From Lama glama (taxonomy: Eukaryota): 60,000 nt of DNA. Below the pieces are notes generated by a model. That model was not told the DNA's origin. It worked only from the letters and a program-made list of their open reading frames with translations, and did not search any database. Below, piece by piece: positions 22,851 through 34,221 of the stretch (position 1 is its first letter; each line of letters opens with the position of its first letter). The DNA lies in contig CM052816.1 of the NCBI GenBank assembly GCA_028534125.1, positions 15,440,001-15,500,000 on the forward strand, written 5' to 3'. The translations under genes and the position numbers were made by a program.

Positions 22851-25800
22851 TGACTCTCTTCCCTAAAATAACTGCATTCTTTTGGTTCTTTAGAAAATGT
22901 ATAGAAAGTGTCAGAGACTTAAGAATTGGAGTTTATTTTGCTGCTTTAACTTATGACTCAATAAAGATGAAATTATAAAAGGAACATATATTTTGACTAA
23001 GGTCAAAGGAATTGTTTCTGACCAAGTTATGTCCTTTGATCTGACAGGATTAATTCTTTATTAATCTTCTCTACTGAGAAGGTTGACTTAATTCTAGATG
23101 CCAGCCAGTTGCAGAGATAATCAGAATTGGTAATATAGAAAAACCCAAGCCTTTAGAATTACACTGAGGGTAGTATAATCTTTGGAGAATAAAGGCTATT
23201 CTATGTAGACTGATATCAATATAATTGTATCTGTTTTATTTTCTTCATCACACAGGGTAGAAGTCAGATTTTTCTTTTTAGGGTATGCATTCAGTTTACC
23301 AAGTCATTGCAAACCCAGATGCCTTTCTAGTCATAAGTATGGAGAAAATTGGTAGTGTTACATACTTCTTATATATGGTTATTTCTGGTTTAAAACAAGG
23401 AAAATCAAACTGCAGGGTAATGGATGATGAATTGCTATATACTATAAGCTCTGCATATTCGTTGTTGCTCAGAGCTGTAGTCCATCCAGTCTCTTGGCAT
23501 CTTGCCAGCACATTTTAGTTCTCTTACTTCATATTCTTTGGAGAGGTTGTTATGTAGCCTGATACTACTACCACCAATTTCTAGTTTTGCTACTTAAGCT
23601 ATTTGTGAGCTGACCTCACTGTACTGCTTTGAGAACTATGATGAAAGTTACAACCGTGGAATGATCTGTCTGAATAGTTAGAAGTGTTTGTCTTTGCATC
23701 TTTCTAGCATGCAAGGAGAGAACAGACAGATAAATATTACATGAATGTTTCTTGTTTTTTTTTATGAATAAGAACCAGTTTATAATTTATGGGAGTTTTC
23801 TTCCTTTTTATTTTGCATAGTAAAAGATGAGTATTTTTTAAAAATTAGAATTACTTTGAAAGTGCACATAAATGACAATTAATCTTGCTAGTGTTTGAAA
23901 GGACCATCATTAGAATAAATGTCAGATTTATTTTTATTAACAAAAGGTATGATCCAGACCCTGATTTGATGTTAGGTCCATTATTCTAATATCCTTGTGC
24001 TTGAGCATTACATAAATAACATCTCTTCTTTTCAAAAGAGATAAATTAAGCTTTTAATTTTTTTAATAGGGGAGGAACTTGAGTAGATTAGCCTTTGAGA
24101 AGAATGATTAGTGCCTTTTTAAAACTTGAACCTAACTAAAAATAACTTTGTACCATATTTAAACTAATTTAGAGGTATGCCACCATTCTGTGGATATTTT
24201 TTACATTTAAGGAACTAAGAATGAACAATGGTATAAATCTGCCAACTAGATAAGTGTCTAGCAATGCAAAAATTGTTGTTTGGGAGCGGTGTTGCTATTT
24301 CTACTTGTTGAAGTAATTTGATGGTTGATCTCTAATGGTTGAAAGATGCAGAAGTGTGAAACTTAAGATCAATGTGGCGCAGGTAGAAAATGAAAACAGT
24401 AGATGTATTCCTGATAGGTAACACAAATTTTAAAAAGTCTAAATGATTGAGTAATTTTCAACTAATTAAAATGTAGAAATCGGAACTCTTTGTGATAGTT
24501 TGGTTAAACTACCTTTTGTTTAAAAGGTTATGTTGGTTTTGTGATTTTAATTGTTACTTTGAATGTTGATTTGTATTTTGAGTTGTGACATTTAGAAAAG
24601 CCACGATGAAACTTTGCAGTTTCTCTAAGTTTAGTTATGTTAAATATTAATTGAAAGGGATATAGTCATGCTACCTCAAGTTTTGCAGTTGCTTTACAAT
24701 TTCATGTTGCTGTAGAGTTGGTATTTCAGTCAATTTGAAGTAATTTTAAAGCTGAAGATATTTTATTCCTAAGAGATTAGGAAATCAACCACAAATTTTA
24801 GTGTAGTAAATATTACTGATACTAATATTATAGTAAAAATAGTTTATATTGTTCTCACTGGAACTAAGTTTGAATATTTTATTCAATGCTTACTGTAGTA
24901 GGAAAAAAAGTGCAGATGATTTTTGATGTGAGAGCCACATAGCAAATTCAAATTTATAAGCTCCTTTTATGCTCTTTTTAAAGGTATTATTCTGTATTTT
25001 GGAGTAGACAAAATGAAGCAAAGGTATAATAATTTTAAAAGATAAGGAATTTTTTATTTTAGATTTTATTTTAAAGGAAGAGGAGTTCTGATGTTGAGCT
25101 GCTTTTATTAGTAGACTATGACCCACCCTTCTTATGTTTTTATACAGAGCCATATAAAGTCATGGCTTTCATTGCTCAGAGTTCTAAGGGGAAAAAAACA
25201 ACTTTTCCTGTTGTGCAGGGAAAAATGACTTCAGTTCTGTTGATGTTGAGTATGTATATAACCCCAGCTGGGCATAGTCTCCTCTTCCACAGATGTAGTA
25301 CTCTAGGGAGAGGAGATTTTTGAGTAATATTTTTAATTTTCTTAAGCTGTCAGTGATTTAAAAACTTGGTGTTCATTATAACTCTGCTGACTGCTGTGTA
25401 GAATGACATCACTGTTTTTATGCCAGGGGAAGTTAACTAACATTTGCGTAGGAATTACATAGCTGTGTTTCTTCTGCAGAAGAGGACTTTTAATAATTCT
25501 TTCCCTTCTTCCCCTCCCATGTCTTCCAGAATCTAGACAATCTCACTGAAACCCAGAAAATTAATTTTTAAAATATTGTGCTAAATAGAAATCTATTGTA
25601 AGAAAGGAAAAAGAATTCTGTTGTACTTATCTTGGGATATACAAACATGCTAAAATAAAATTTTTATATAATGTGTCTTTGTGGCGTTGCTTAGTTTAGG
25701 CTAGAATAGGTTAGGCTAGAACTTGTTCAGAAAACATAAATGTAATTGACTCCTTTCCCTACCATTATTTGGAGGACTTTGCTTTCCTGACATCAAAAGG

Positions 25801-27249
25801 CCTGACTTTTTTTTAAAATCTACTTTTGTTGCTTGAAAGTAACAATTGTTTAACAACACAAGAGGATACTACAGTGTATTCCAGTGGGTGATAAGCAAGA
25901 ATTAATGTAGTTAAAGGAAGGAAGGGTGAAAAATACCATTACCTTGTTGTTTCTATGTAAATAAAAATGAAGGTAGCAGTAATCTTGAACTTTGTTGCTT
26001 TGTCTTTGGGGATTTGGATGCTGTTAACTGGCTTAACTCTATCTGAATTTTTCTGAAGTGGAAATCAATTTTAAACTGTACCAAGAATTTTCTGATTTTA
26101 GTTGTCACTTATCTCATAGTGGCAAATTTAGGAACAACTTTCTGTCTAACCTGTTTGAGAGAGGACTGAAATGTTCATGACAAGGAACATAATCTGCTTA
26201 ATGAAACATCCAAAAAGGAACCCAGAAAAAATATTGACCTGGAAGGTAAGAGTTAGTCCATATATGTGAACACACACTTGGTAATGATTTAATTGGTATT
26301 CTTTTCTTTCTTATTACTTATATCAGGAATTGATATGAATTGTGAATATCCTTTGTCCACATGGAATAATTAGGATTATAATGTGTTGCATGCACCATTA
26401 GTGTCTGTGAATTTGTGAAGAATGTTTGCCTACTTTATTTTTAGAATTTAGGTTTGAGTGGACATGTCTGGGAGAATGTTATTGTCCTGACCAGAAACTC
26501 TTTATTACCAACTTTACTTCTAAGGAAGATCAGTTACCTTGAAACTGACCAGATGACTTGGAAGACACTATCACTTTGGCTTTGAAGAAGACTTAAAATG
26601 TTCTTATATCAAAATTTGCAGAGCAGCAGGAGCGCATTATTGAAAAATGTATCTTTAAATAGATAAGAGTATGACTGGCCTAAGCCAGGCCTTTTACATT
26701 GTTTAACTCAGGGTTAAAAAGATTTGCACCATAATATGCATCCTGGCTATGTAGGTCTGAGTCTTTTGCACTTGTGCCAAAATATATTTCTATTTCTTTG
26801 TGTCTTTCTGCATTTGTACCAGGAGTCTTCTGTTTGTGTCTTTCAGTACTCATTGGCTAGTAATTTTTTTTTTTAATATCCAGGGGTTATAGTTTATCCA
26901 GTGTTATATTTTAACTTACTAGTAAGATAAAGATCACGTCTTGGAAAAAGTTGTGGGATAGCTTGATGCTTATGTGTGGAAATGTTTGGGGTTTGATGAG
27001 GCTAGCGTAAAAGTGGTAAACATCAGAGGTGATTATTTACCAGAATACTTAGAATACCAAATAGTGACCAAAAATAAGTGTCATGTTTAAAATAGATTAA
27101 CATACTGCTGTTTCTATTTCAGGAGTAGTAGTTTGATTTAAAAATACACAGTGATTTTTAATTAGTACAGATTGAATTTAGCAGTGTGTGAGTTACTCAT
27201 CTAGAACAAAGAATGTTTACATAGGATTGGGTTCCTGAAGAAACCATGA

Positions 27250-28295
27250 TTTTTAAATAATTCCAGTGAATTCCCAGTCATTGTCTTACTTATCAGAAGG
27301 GTTTAGTCCAGGTCATCTTTCTTTACTTCTTGATGCACTTTCTTCCCTTGGCTTCCAAACCACTTACTGGTTTTCCTCCTCTTTTAGTGACCATTCCTTT
27401 GCAGTCTCCTATACTGTTTCTTTTTCTTTCCCATTTCCAAATGTTAGATTGACCTTGGGCTCAGGTTAACCTTCAGATTTTTGTCTCTTTTCTTGTTTAT
27501 ACTCAGTTTCTTAATGATCTCATCCAGGCTTATCTCTTTAAATACTTTTTTATAGACTGACAACTCCCAGAAATCTTATCTTGGAACTCTTTCCTGATTC
27601 CAAACTTGTGTATATTCACCTGCCTAGTTCACATCTCCTTTTGATGATCTAATAGGCATCTCAAAACTAACTGGACCAAAATAAAATTCTCATTATTTAC
27701 AGATAAACCAGTTCTTTCCTCAGTCTTTTTCATTTCAGCAAATAGCTTTTTTGTCCTTCCAGTTCTTTCAAATCTTGGAGTCATCCTTGATTCCTCTCTT
27801 TCAGTCTTACTCAGTCCATTAGAAAGCACAGTCTTTAAATTTTGTCCAGAATCTGAACATTTTTACTTACCACCACTCTAGTTTTACCATTGGATTATTT
27901 TATTTGCCCTCTATCTGGGTTTCTTACCTCCATCCTCACCTCTTTGTAGCTGTTCTCAACTGAGCAGCTAGAGTGATCCTTTTAAAACATGTCAAATCAC
28001 TCTAGTCAGAACCTTCAGATGAATTTTACATTTTATCAGTGAAAAAGAGAAGGGCTTCTGTATTTGCTGGTCTTTCTGAATGAAGCTGCCTTCTTCCAGA
28101 TGTCTGTATGGCTTATACCTTCTCTTCCTTCAGGTCTTTACTAAAAGGACATTGAGGCCTTTTACAACCACCTTATTTAAAACTAGTATATACATGCTTC
28201 CACCTCCCAGTTACTTGCCTCTTATACTCTTTCTCTTTTTTGGCTTTATTTTTCTCCTAGTACTCAACAACCATCTGGCATGCTGTAATACTAAT
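27250..28295 (+). mobile_element. L2 fragment
   Basis: tttcttcccttggcttcc, ctgacaactccca, tctaataggcatctcaaa, ttggagtcatccttgattcctctct. Confidence 0.75.
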
Positions 28296-28304
28296 TATCT
28301 GTCT

Positions 28305-28645
28305 TTCTTAAATCAACTTTATTGAGCTGTAAATTATATAGTAAAATGCATTCATTTTAAGAGTAGTGTTGGATGAATTTTGACAAACGTCACCACCAGT
28401 TCAATGATGATACAGAACATTTTCATCACCCTAAAATGTTCCTTGCTGCTTCCTCCAAGTCAGTCTTCTACTCCCCTAACTCCTGCTCTAGGCAACTGAT
28501 AATTTGATTTCTATCACTGTAGATTAGTTTTGCCTATTTTAAAACTTTATATGGAAAAAATATATAGAATCATTATAGTGTATTCCTTTGTGTGGCTTCT
28601 TTCGTTACATGTAATGCTTCTGAGATTTATCCATGTTATGCATAT
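28305..28645 (-). mobile_element. Old L1 3' end
   Basis: caactttattgag...aaaatgcattcattttaag...cagaacattttcatcaccc...ttctatcactgtagattagttttgcct. Confidence 0.75.
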
Positions 28646-28659
28646 CAAGCCTCCTCATG

Positions 28660-29075
28660 GACTGTATATTGGGCTTCAGTTCCAGTTATTTAAGTACTCC
28701 TGCTTCTGCCCTTCTCCTTGTGCTTGCCAATTTCATCCTCAGGTTGGCTGCTGAAGTTCCAAGGGTTTCATTCAGACGTGACAGCATCCAGAGTTAGAAA
28801 GTATCATGTTTTCTGTGTCACTTTTGTTGGAGCAGAGAAGTCTTTCCCAGAAGTCTTCAAAAGGACCACCTCTCGTATTTTCATGAAAAGAACTGAGCTA
28901 TATGCTTGACTTAAATCTTGGATGTTGGAACTGCCACGATTGGATAAAACTAGTCAAGATTTACCACAGAATTCACTTCCTTGAGTTACTAGACAGTGGA
29001 GGCAACTCAAACAAAATTAGGGCTCTACTAACAAAGAGGAACAGATATTTTGTAGCCAACCAAAAGTATCTGCTG
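28660..29075. mobile_element. ERVL LTR33-like LTR
   Basis: tctttcccagaagtc...agaactgagctatatgc...gtagccaaccaaaagtatctgct. Confidence 0.45.
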
Positions 29076-29099
29076 AAATCATCAACAATTACAGTGATT

Positions 29100-29700
29100 A
29101 ACACTTGAGGGCTAGCTACATAAGATTGTTGATAACATATTTAGGGTGAATTAGGGAGAGTTTAATCAGGGAGTACACGTAAGAAAGCTATTGAAGTAGT
29201 TCAGGGAGTATAGTAATAAGGGCATAAATTAAGGTAGCAGAAGTGAGATGGGGAGAGGAAGAGTGTCAGTATGAAAGTGATGAGTCTTAGTGATAAATTG
29301 GGAGTATGGGGACACAGAGGAGTGCTGCAGGTTAGGGACTTGGGTAAGTGGGCAAGCGATGTTATTGATAGAGACTGAAATTGAGATGGGGAAACTGATT
29401 GTATGTAGTGTTGTTACAGGTAGATAAAATGAGTTTAATTTGGGACATGTTGAATTTGAGGAGATGTGGAACATACAAGTAGAAATGACCATTAGAAGAT
29501 AGTGCAGGGGATAGGAGGTTGATATTATTTTGGTAGTTATTAGCTAAGTTGAAGCCTTGAAAGTAAATGAATTCTTGAAGGGACTTTGGGTAGAAATAGC
29601 TTAGCGCAGAGCCTGCATAATGTTTGCAGTGTGGCTGTTAGAAAAGGCAGAAAGGGTTTATAAGTATAGTAGTTGATAAGGGGAACATGGGTGATGTAGT
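29100..29700 (-). mobile_element. L2 fragment
   Basis: gagtttaatttgggacatgttgaatttgag...ggaacatacaagtagaaatg. Confidence 0.6.
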
Positions 29701-31690
29701 ACTAGGATGCAGCAGCATCTCTCAGAGTTAGATTTGAATATACTGTGTTCTGCAGATTTCTTTTGCCTGAGGTATGGCAGGTCTAGTGCCATATTTCTGT
29801 GTTACAGTTTAGTACTACCTTATTTTGTTGCTCAGATAGTTCCTTTTTGGTATTGGTCCTTTCAGGTTGTCTCTTGTATCCTTTTAACATGTCCTCAACC
29901 TGTTTCTTTATTTGTTTTAATTACTGTTTATTTTTAGAGCATAAGTTTTAGGTTTATAAAAAAACTGAGCAGAAAGTACAGAGAGCTCTCATATCCCCAC
30001 CCAAAGTTTCCTCTTTATATATCTTGCATTTATGAGCATATTGATAGGATTATTGATACATTGTGATTAACTAAGGTCCACAGTTTTACATTAGGGTTCA
30101 CTATTTTATACAGTTATATAGGTTTTGACAAATATGTAATGTCTTGTATCTGCCATTACAGTATCATACAGAATAGTTTCACTGTCTCCCAAATCCTCTG
30201 TACTCCACCTATTCATCCTTCTTTCCCTCCCCAAACCCTTGATCTTTTACTATCTCTATAGTTCTGCCTTTTCCAGAATGTCATATAGTTGGAATCATAC
30301 AAAGTAGAGCCTTCTCATTACTGGCTTCTTTAACTTAGTAATAATGTATTTAAATTTTCTCTGTGTATTTTCATGGCTTGATAGCTCATTTCTTTTGTTT
30401 TCTGTTTTTTTTCTCACAGTGCTTCATTTTGGTAGTTCTATTGCTATATCTTTGAGTTTATTGATGTTTTCTTCTACAGTGTCTAATTTGCTATAAAGCC
30501 TATCCAGTGAATTTTTTTAACTTTAAATATTATACTTTTTATCACCAGAAATAGCACTTGCCTCTTTTTTATCTTTTTTAAAATTGAAATATAGTTGATG
30601 TACAATATTAATTACAAGTATACAATAATAGTGATTGACAGTTTTTTTTTTATTAAAGTATAGTCAGTTTACAATGTTGGGTCAGTCTCTGGTGTACAGC
30701 ATAATGTTTCAGTCATACATGTACATACATATATTCCTTTTCATATTCTTTTTCATTATAGGTTTCTGTAAGATATTGAATATAGTTCCCTGTGCTATAC
30801 AGTAGAAACTTGTTGTTTATCTATTTTATATATAATAGTATCTGCAATTCTCAAAGTCCCAATTTATCCCTTTCTACCCCTTTCCTCCCTGGTAACCATA
30901 AGTTTCTGTGTCTGTTTCTGTTTTGTAAATAAGTATATCTTTGTCATTTTTTTTAAATTCCACATTTACGTGATATCATATGGTATTTTTCTTTCTCTTT
31001 CTGGCTTACTTCACTTAGTATGACAATCTCCAGATCCATCTATGTTGCTGTAAATGGCATTATTTTATTCTTTTTCATGGCCGGGTAGTATTTCACTCAC
31101 CCCCACACACCCACCAACACCCCCTCACCCACATCCCCACACCCACAACTTTTTTATACAGACATCTGTTAATGGACATTTAGGTTGCTTCCATGTCTTT
31201 ACTATTGTGAACAGTGCTGCTATGAACATTGGGGTGAGTGTATCTTTTCGAATTAGAGCTTAGGATAGATGCCCAGGAGTGGGATTGCTGGATCATATGG
31301 TAAGTCTGTTTTTACTTTTAAAGGAATCTCCATACTGTTTTCTATAGTAGTTGCGACAAATGACATTCTTAACAGCAGTGTAGGAGGGTTACCTTTTCTC
31401 CACACTCTCTCCAGCTTTTATTGTTTGTGACTTTCTTTTGACTGGTGTGAGGTGATATTCTTTTTTGTATCTTTAATTACTCTGCTTGTTAAGTTCATGT
31501 CTTTTTGTTTAAATCTTAATCATATTTTTGTTACTTTTTGAAGCTTTTATCTATCTGCTAATTGCTTTATTGCTCTCTGAATCTGTTTCTTTTGACTGAA
31601 TTTTCTCCTGGTTATGGTCACATTTTTCTATTTATGTGTCTGGTGGTATACATATATATATTTGGTAAATACCCAAGTTGGTGTTTGATT
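29700..31690 (-). mobile_element. Cluster of L1 fragments (old L1MC-like ends plus a younger L1 3' end at ~30575-31456)
   Basis: Several poly(T)-headed L1 3' UTRs; gatgcccaggagtgggattgctggatcatatgg ORF2 C-terminal motif. Confidence 0.8.
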
Positions 31691-32194
31691 TATTTTTAAA
31701 CTGAGATGTAATTGACATACGACATTGTATTAGTTTGAGACATACAACATAATGATTTGATATTTGTATATATTGTGAAGTGATTACCACAATAAGTCTA
31801 GTTAAGATCCATTGTCACACATGAACTTTTTTTTCTTCTGGTGACAATTAAGATTTACTCTGTTAGCAGCATTTAAATATACAATGCAGTATTATTAACT
31901 ACAGTCACCATGCTGTACATTGCATTCCCATAGCTTATTTATTTTATAACTGGACATTTGCACCTTGTGATCACCTTTACCCATTTCACCCACTCCCCAC
32001 CTCTGGCAACCATCAGTTTGTTCCTTTATTTATGAGGTTAGTGTTTTTTCTTTTAGATTGTACTTATAATCAAGATCATACATGGTTTGCCTTTCTCTGA
32101 GTTATTTCAGTTAGCATAAAGCCCTCAGGGTCTCTCCATGCTGTTACTAATGGCAAGATTTCCCTCTTTCTTTAGTGCTGAATAATAATTCATT

Positions 32195-32209
32195 ATGTAT
32201 ATGTATGTA

Positions 32210-32243
<34 letters not shown>

Positions 32244-32278
32244 CAAATATATATATGTATATATATATATATATATAA
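32195..32278. repeat. Compound (TATG)n(TG)n(TA)n microsatellite in L1 3' UTR
   Basis: Directly visible. Confidence 0.9.
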
Positions 32279-33778
32279 TGTCTTGTTTTTTATATTCATC
32301 CATCCATTGAGGGACACTTAGGTTGCTACCATGTCTTGGCTATTGTAAATAATGCTGCAGTGAACATGGTGGTGCGTATATCTTTTGAGTTATTGTGTCA
32401 TTTTCTTCAGATAAATACCTAGAAGTGGAATTGCTGGATCATATGGTAGTTCTGTTTTTAATTTTTTGAGGAACCTTCATACTGTTTTCCATAGTTGCTG
32501 CACCAGTTTGAATTCCCACCAACAGTGCACATACACTTCTCCACATCTTCACCTACACTTGTTATTTCTTGTCCTTTTGATAACAGCCTTTCTGACAGAT
32601 GTGGGTGATGTCTTATTGTGGTTTTGACTTGCATTTCTCTGATAATTACTGTTGTTGAGCACCTTTTCATGTATCTGTTGGTCATCTGTATGTCTTTGGA
32701 AAAATGTCTATTCAGATCCTCTGCCCAATTTTTAATCTGATTGTTTATTTTTTTGCTATTGAGTTGTATGGTTTTTTTTTAAACATATTTTGGATATTAA
32801 CCCCTTATCAGATATGTGATTTGCATTTATTTTCTCCCTTTCATAGGTTGTCTTTTCATTTTATCGATGATTTCCTTTGCTGTGCAGAAGCTTTTTAGTT
32901 TGATGTAGTCCCACTTGTTTACTTTCACTTTTTTTGCCTTTGTTATTGGTGTCAAATTTAGAAAATCATTACCAAGACCAATGTCAAAGAGCTTACTGCC
33001 TGTTTTCTTCTAGGAATTTTATGATTTCAGGTCTTCTGTTTGAGTCTTTATTCCATTTTGGATTAATTTTTGTGTATAATGTATGACATTGGAACAATTT
33101 TATTCCTTTGCACATGGCTGTCCAGTTTACCCAGCACTGTTTATTGCAGAGACTGTCTTTTCCCATTGTATATTCTTGGTTCCTTTGTTGTACATCAATT
33201 GACAACATATGCAAGGGTTTATTTCTGGGCTCTGTATTCTGTTCCATTGATCTGTGTCAGTTTTATGCCAAATACCATACTGTTTTAATTACTATAGTTC
33301 TGTAATATAGTTTGAAATCAGGGAGCAGGATGCCTCCAGCTTTGTTCCTGCTCAAGATTCCTTTGGTTATTTGAGGTCTCTTATACAAATTTTAGGATGG
33401 CATATTCTATTTCTGAAAATTGCTAATGGAACTTTGTTAGATATTGCACTGAATCTGAAGATTGCTTTGGGAGGTATGGACACTTAACAATATTCTTCCA
33501 ATCCATGAACATGAAATATCTTTCCATTTATTTGTGTCTTCTTCAATTTCTTTTGTTAATGTCTTAGAGTTTTCAACATATAGGTCTTTCACCTCTGGTT
33601 AAATTTTTCCTAAGTATTTTGTTCTTTTCATGCAACTATAAATGGGATTGTTTTCTTGATTTATCTTCTATTAATGTTAGAAATGCAACAGATTTTTGTG
33701 TTTTGATTTTGTATCCTGTAACTTTACTGAATTTATTAGTTCTAGCAGTTTTTGATGAAGTCTTTAGGGTTTTCTGTA

Positions 33779-34221
33779 CTGGCACATCTTGTTTTATAAG
33801 TTCTTCACTTTATTGCACTTTGCATTTATTACATTATTTACAAATTGAAAGTTTGTGACAACCCTGGATTGAGTAAGTCTCTTGGTGCCATTTTCAAACA
33901 GCATTTGCTCACTTCACATCTGTGTACCATTTTGATAATTCTCACAGTATTTCAAACCCTCCATTAGCAAAATGATTATGACTTGGTGAAGTCTCAGGTG
34001 ATGGTTAGCATTTAAAAAAAATAAAGTATTTTTTCATTAGGTATGTACTTTTTAAAAAAAGACACAATGCTCTTACACTTTTAATGGGCCACAGTATAGT
34101 GTAAACATTAACTTTTATGTGCACTAGGGAACCAAAAAATTAATGTGACTCATTTTATTGCAAGATTCACTTTATTGCAGTGGCCTGGAACCACACCTGA
34201 AATATCTCTGAGGTATACTTG
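33779..34221 (+). mobile_element. Internally deleted Tigger1 (Tigger1a-type)
   Basis: Both Tigger1 ends (ctggcacatcttg...acaaattgaaagtttgtgacaaccctg; atatctctgaggtatacttg) with TA duplications; transposase region absent. Confidence 0.85.

Noticed and set aside
23634..23679. Box C/D snoRNA-like motif (ATGATGA...CTGA, flanked by aact/agtt)
   Set aside because: Only 36 nt from C to D box, no convincing C'/D' pair, and the terminal stem is out of register for a K-turn.
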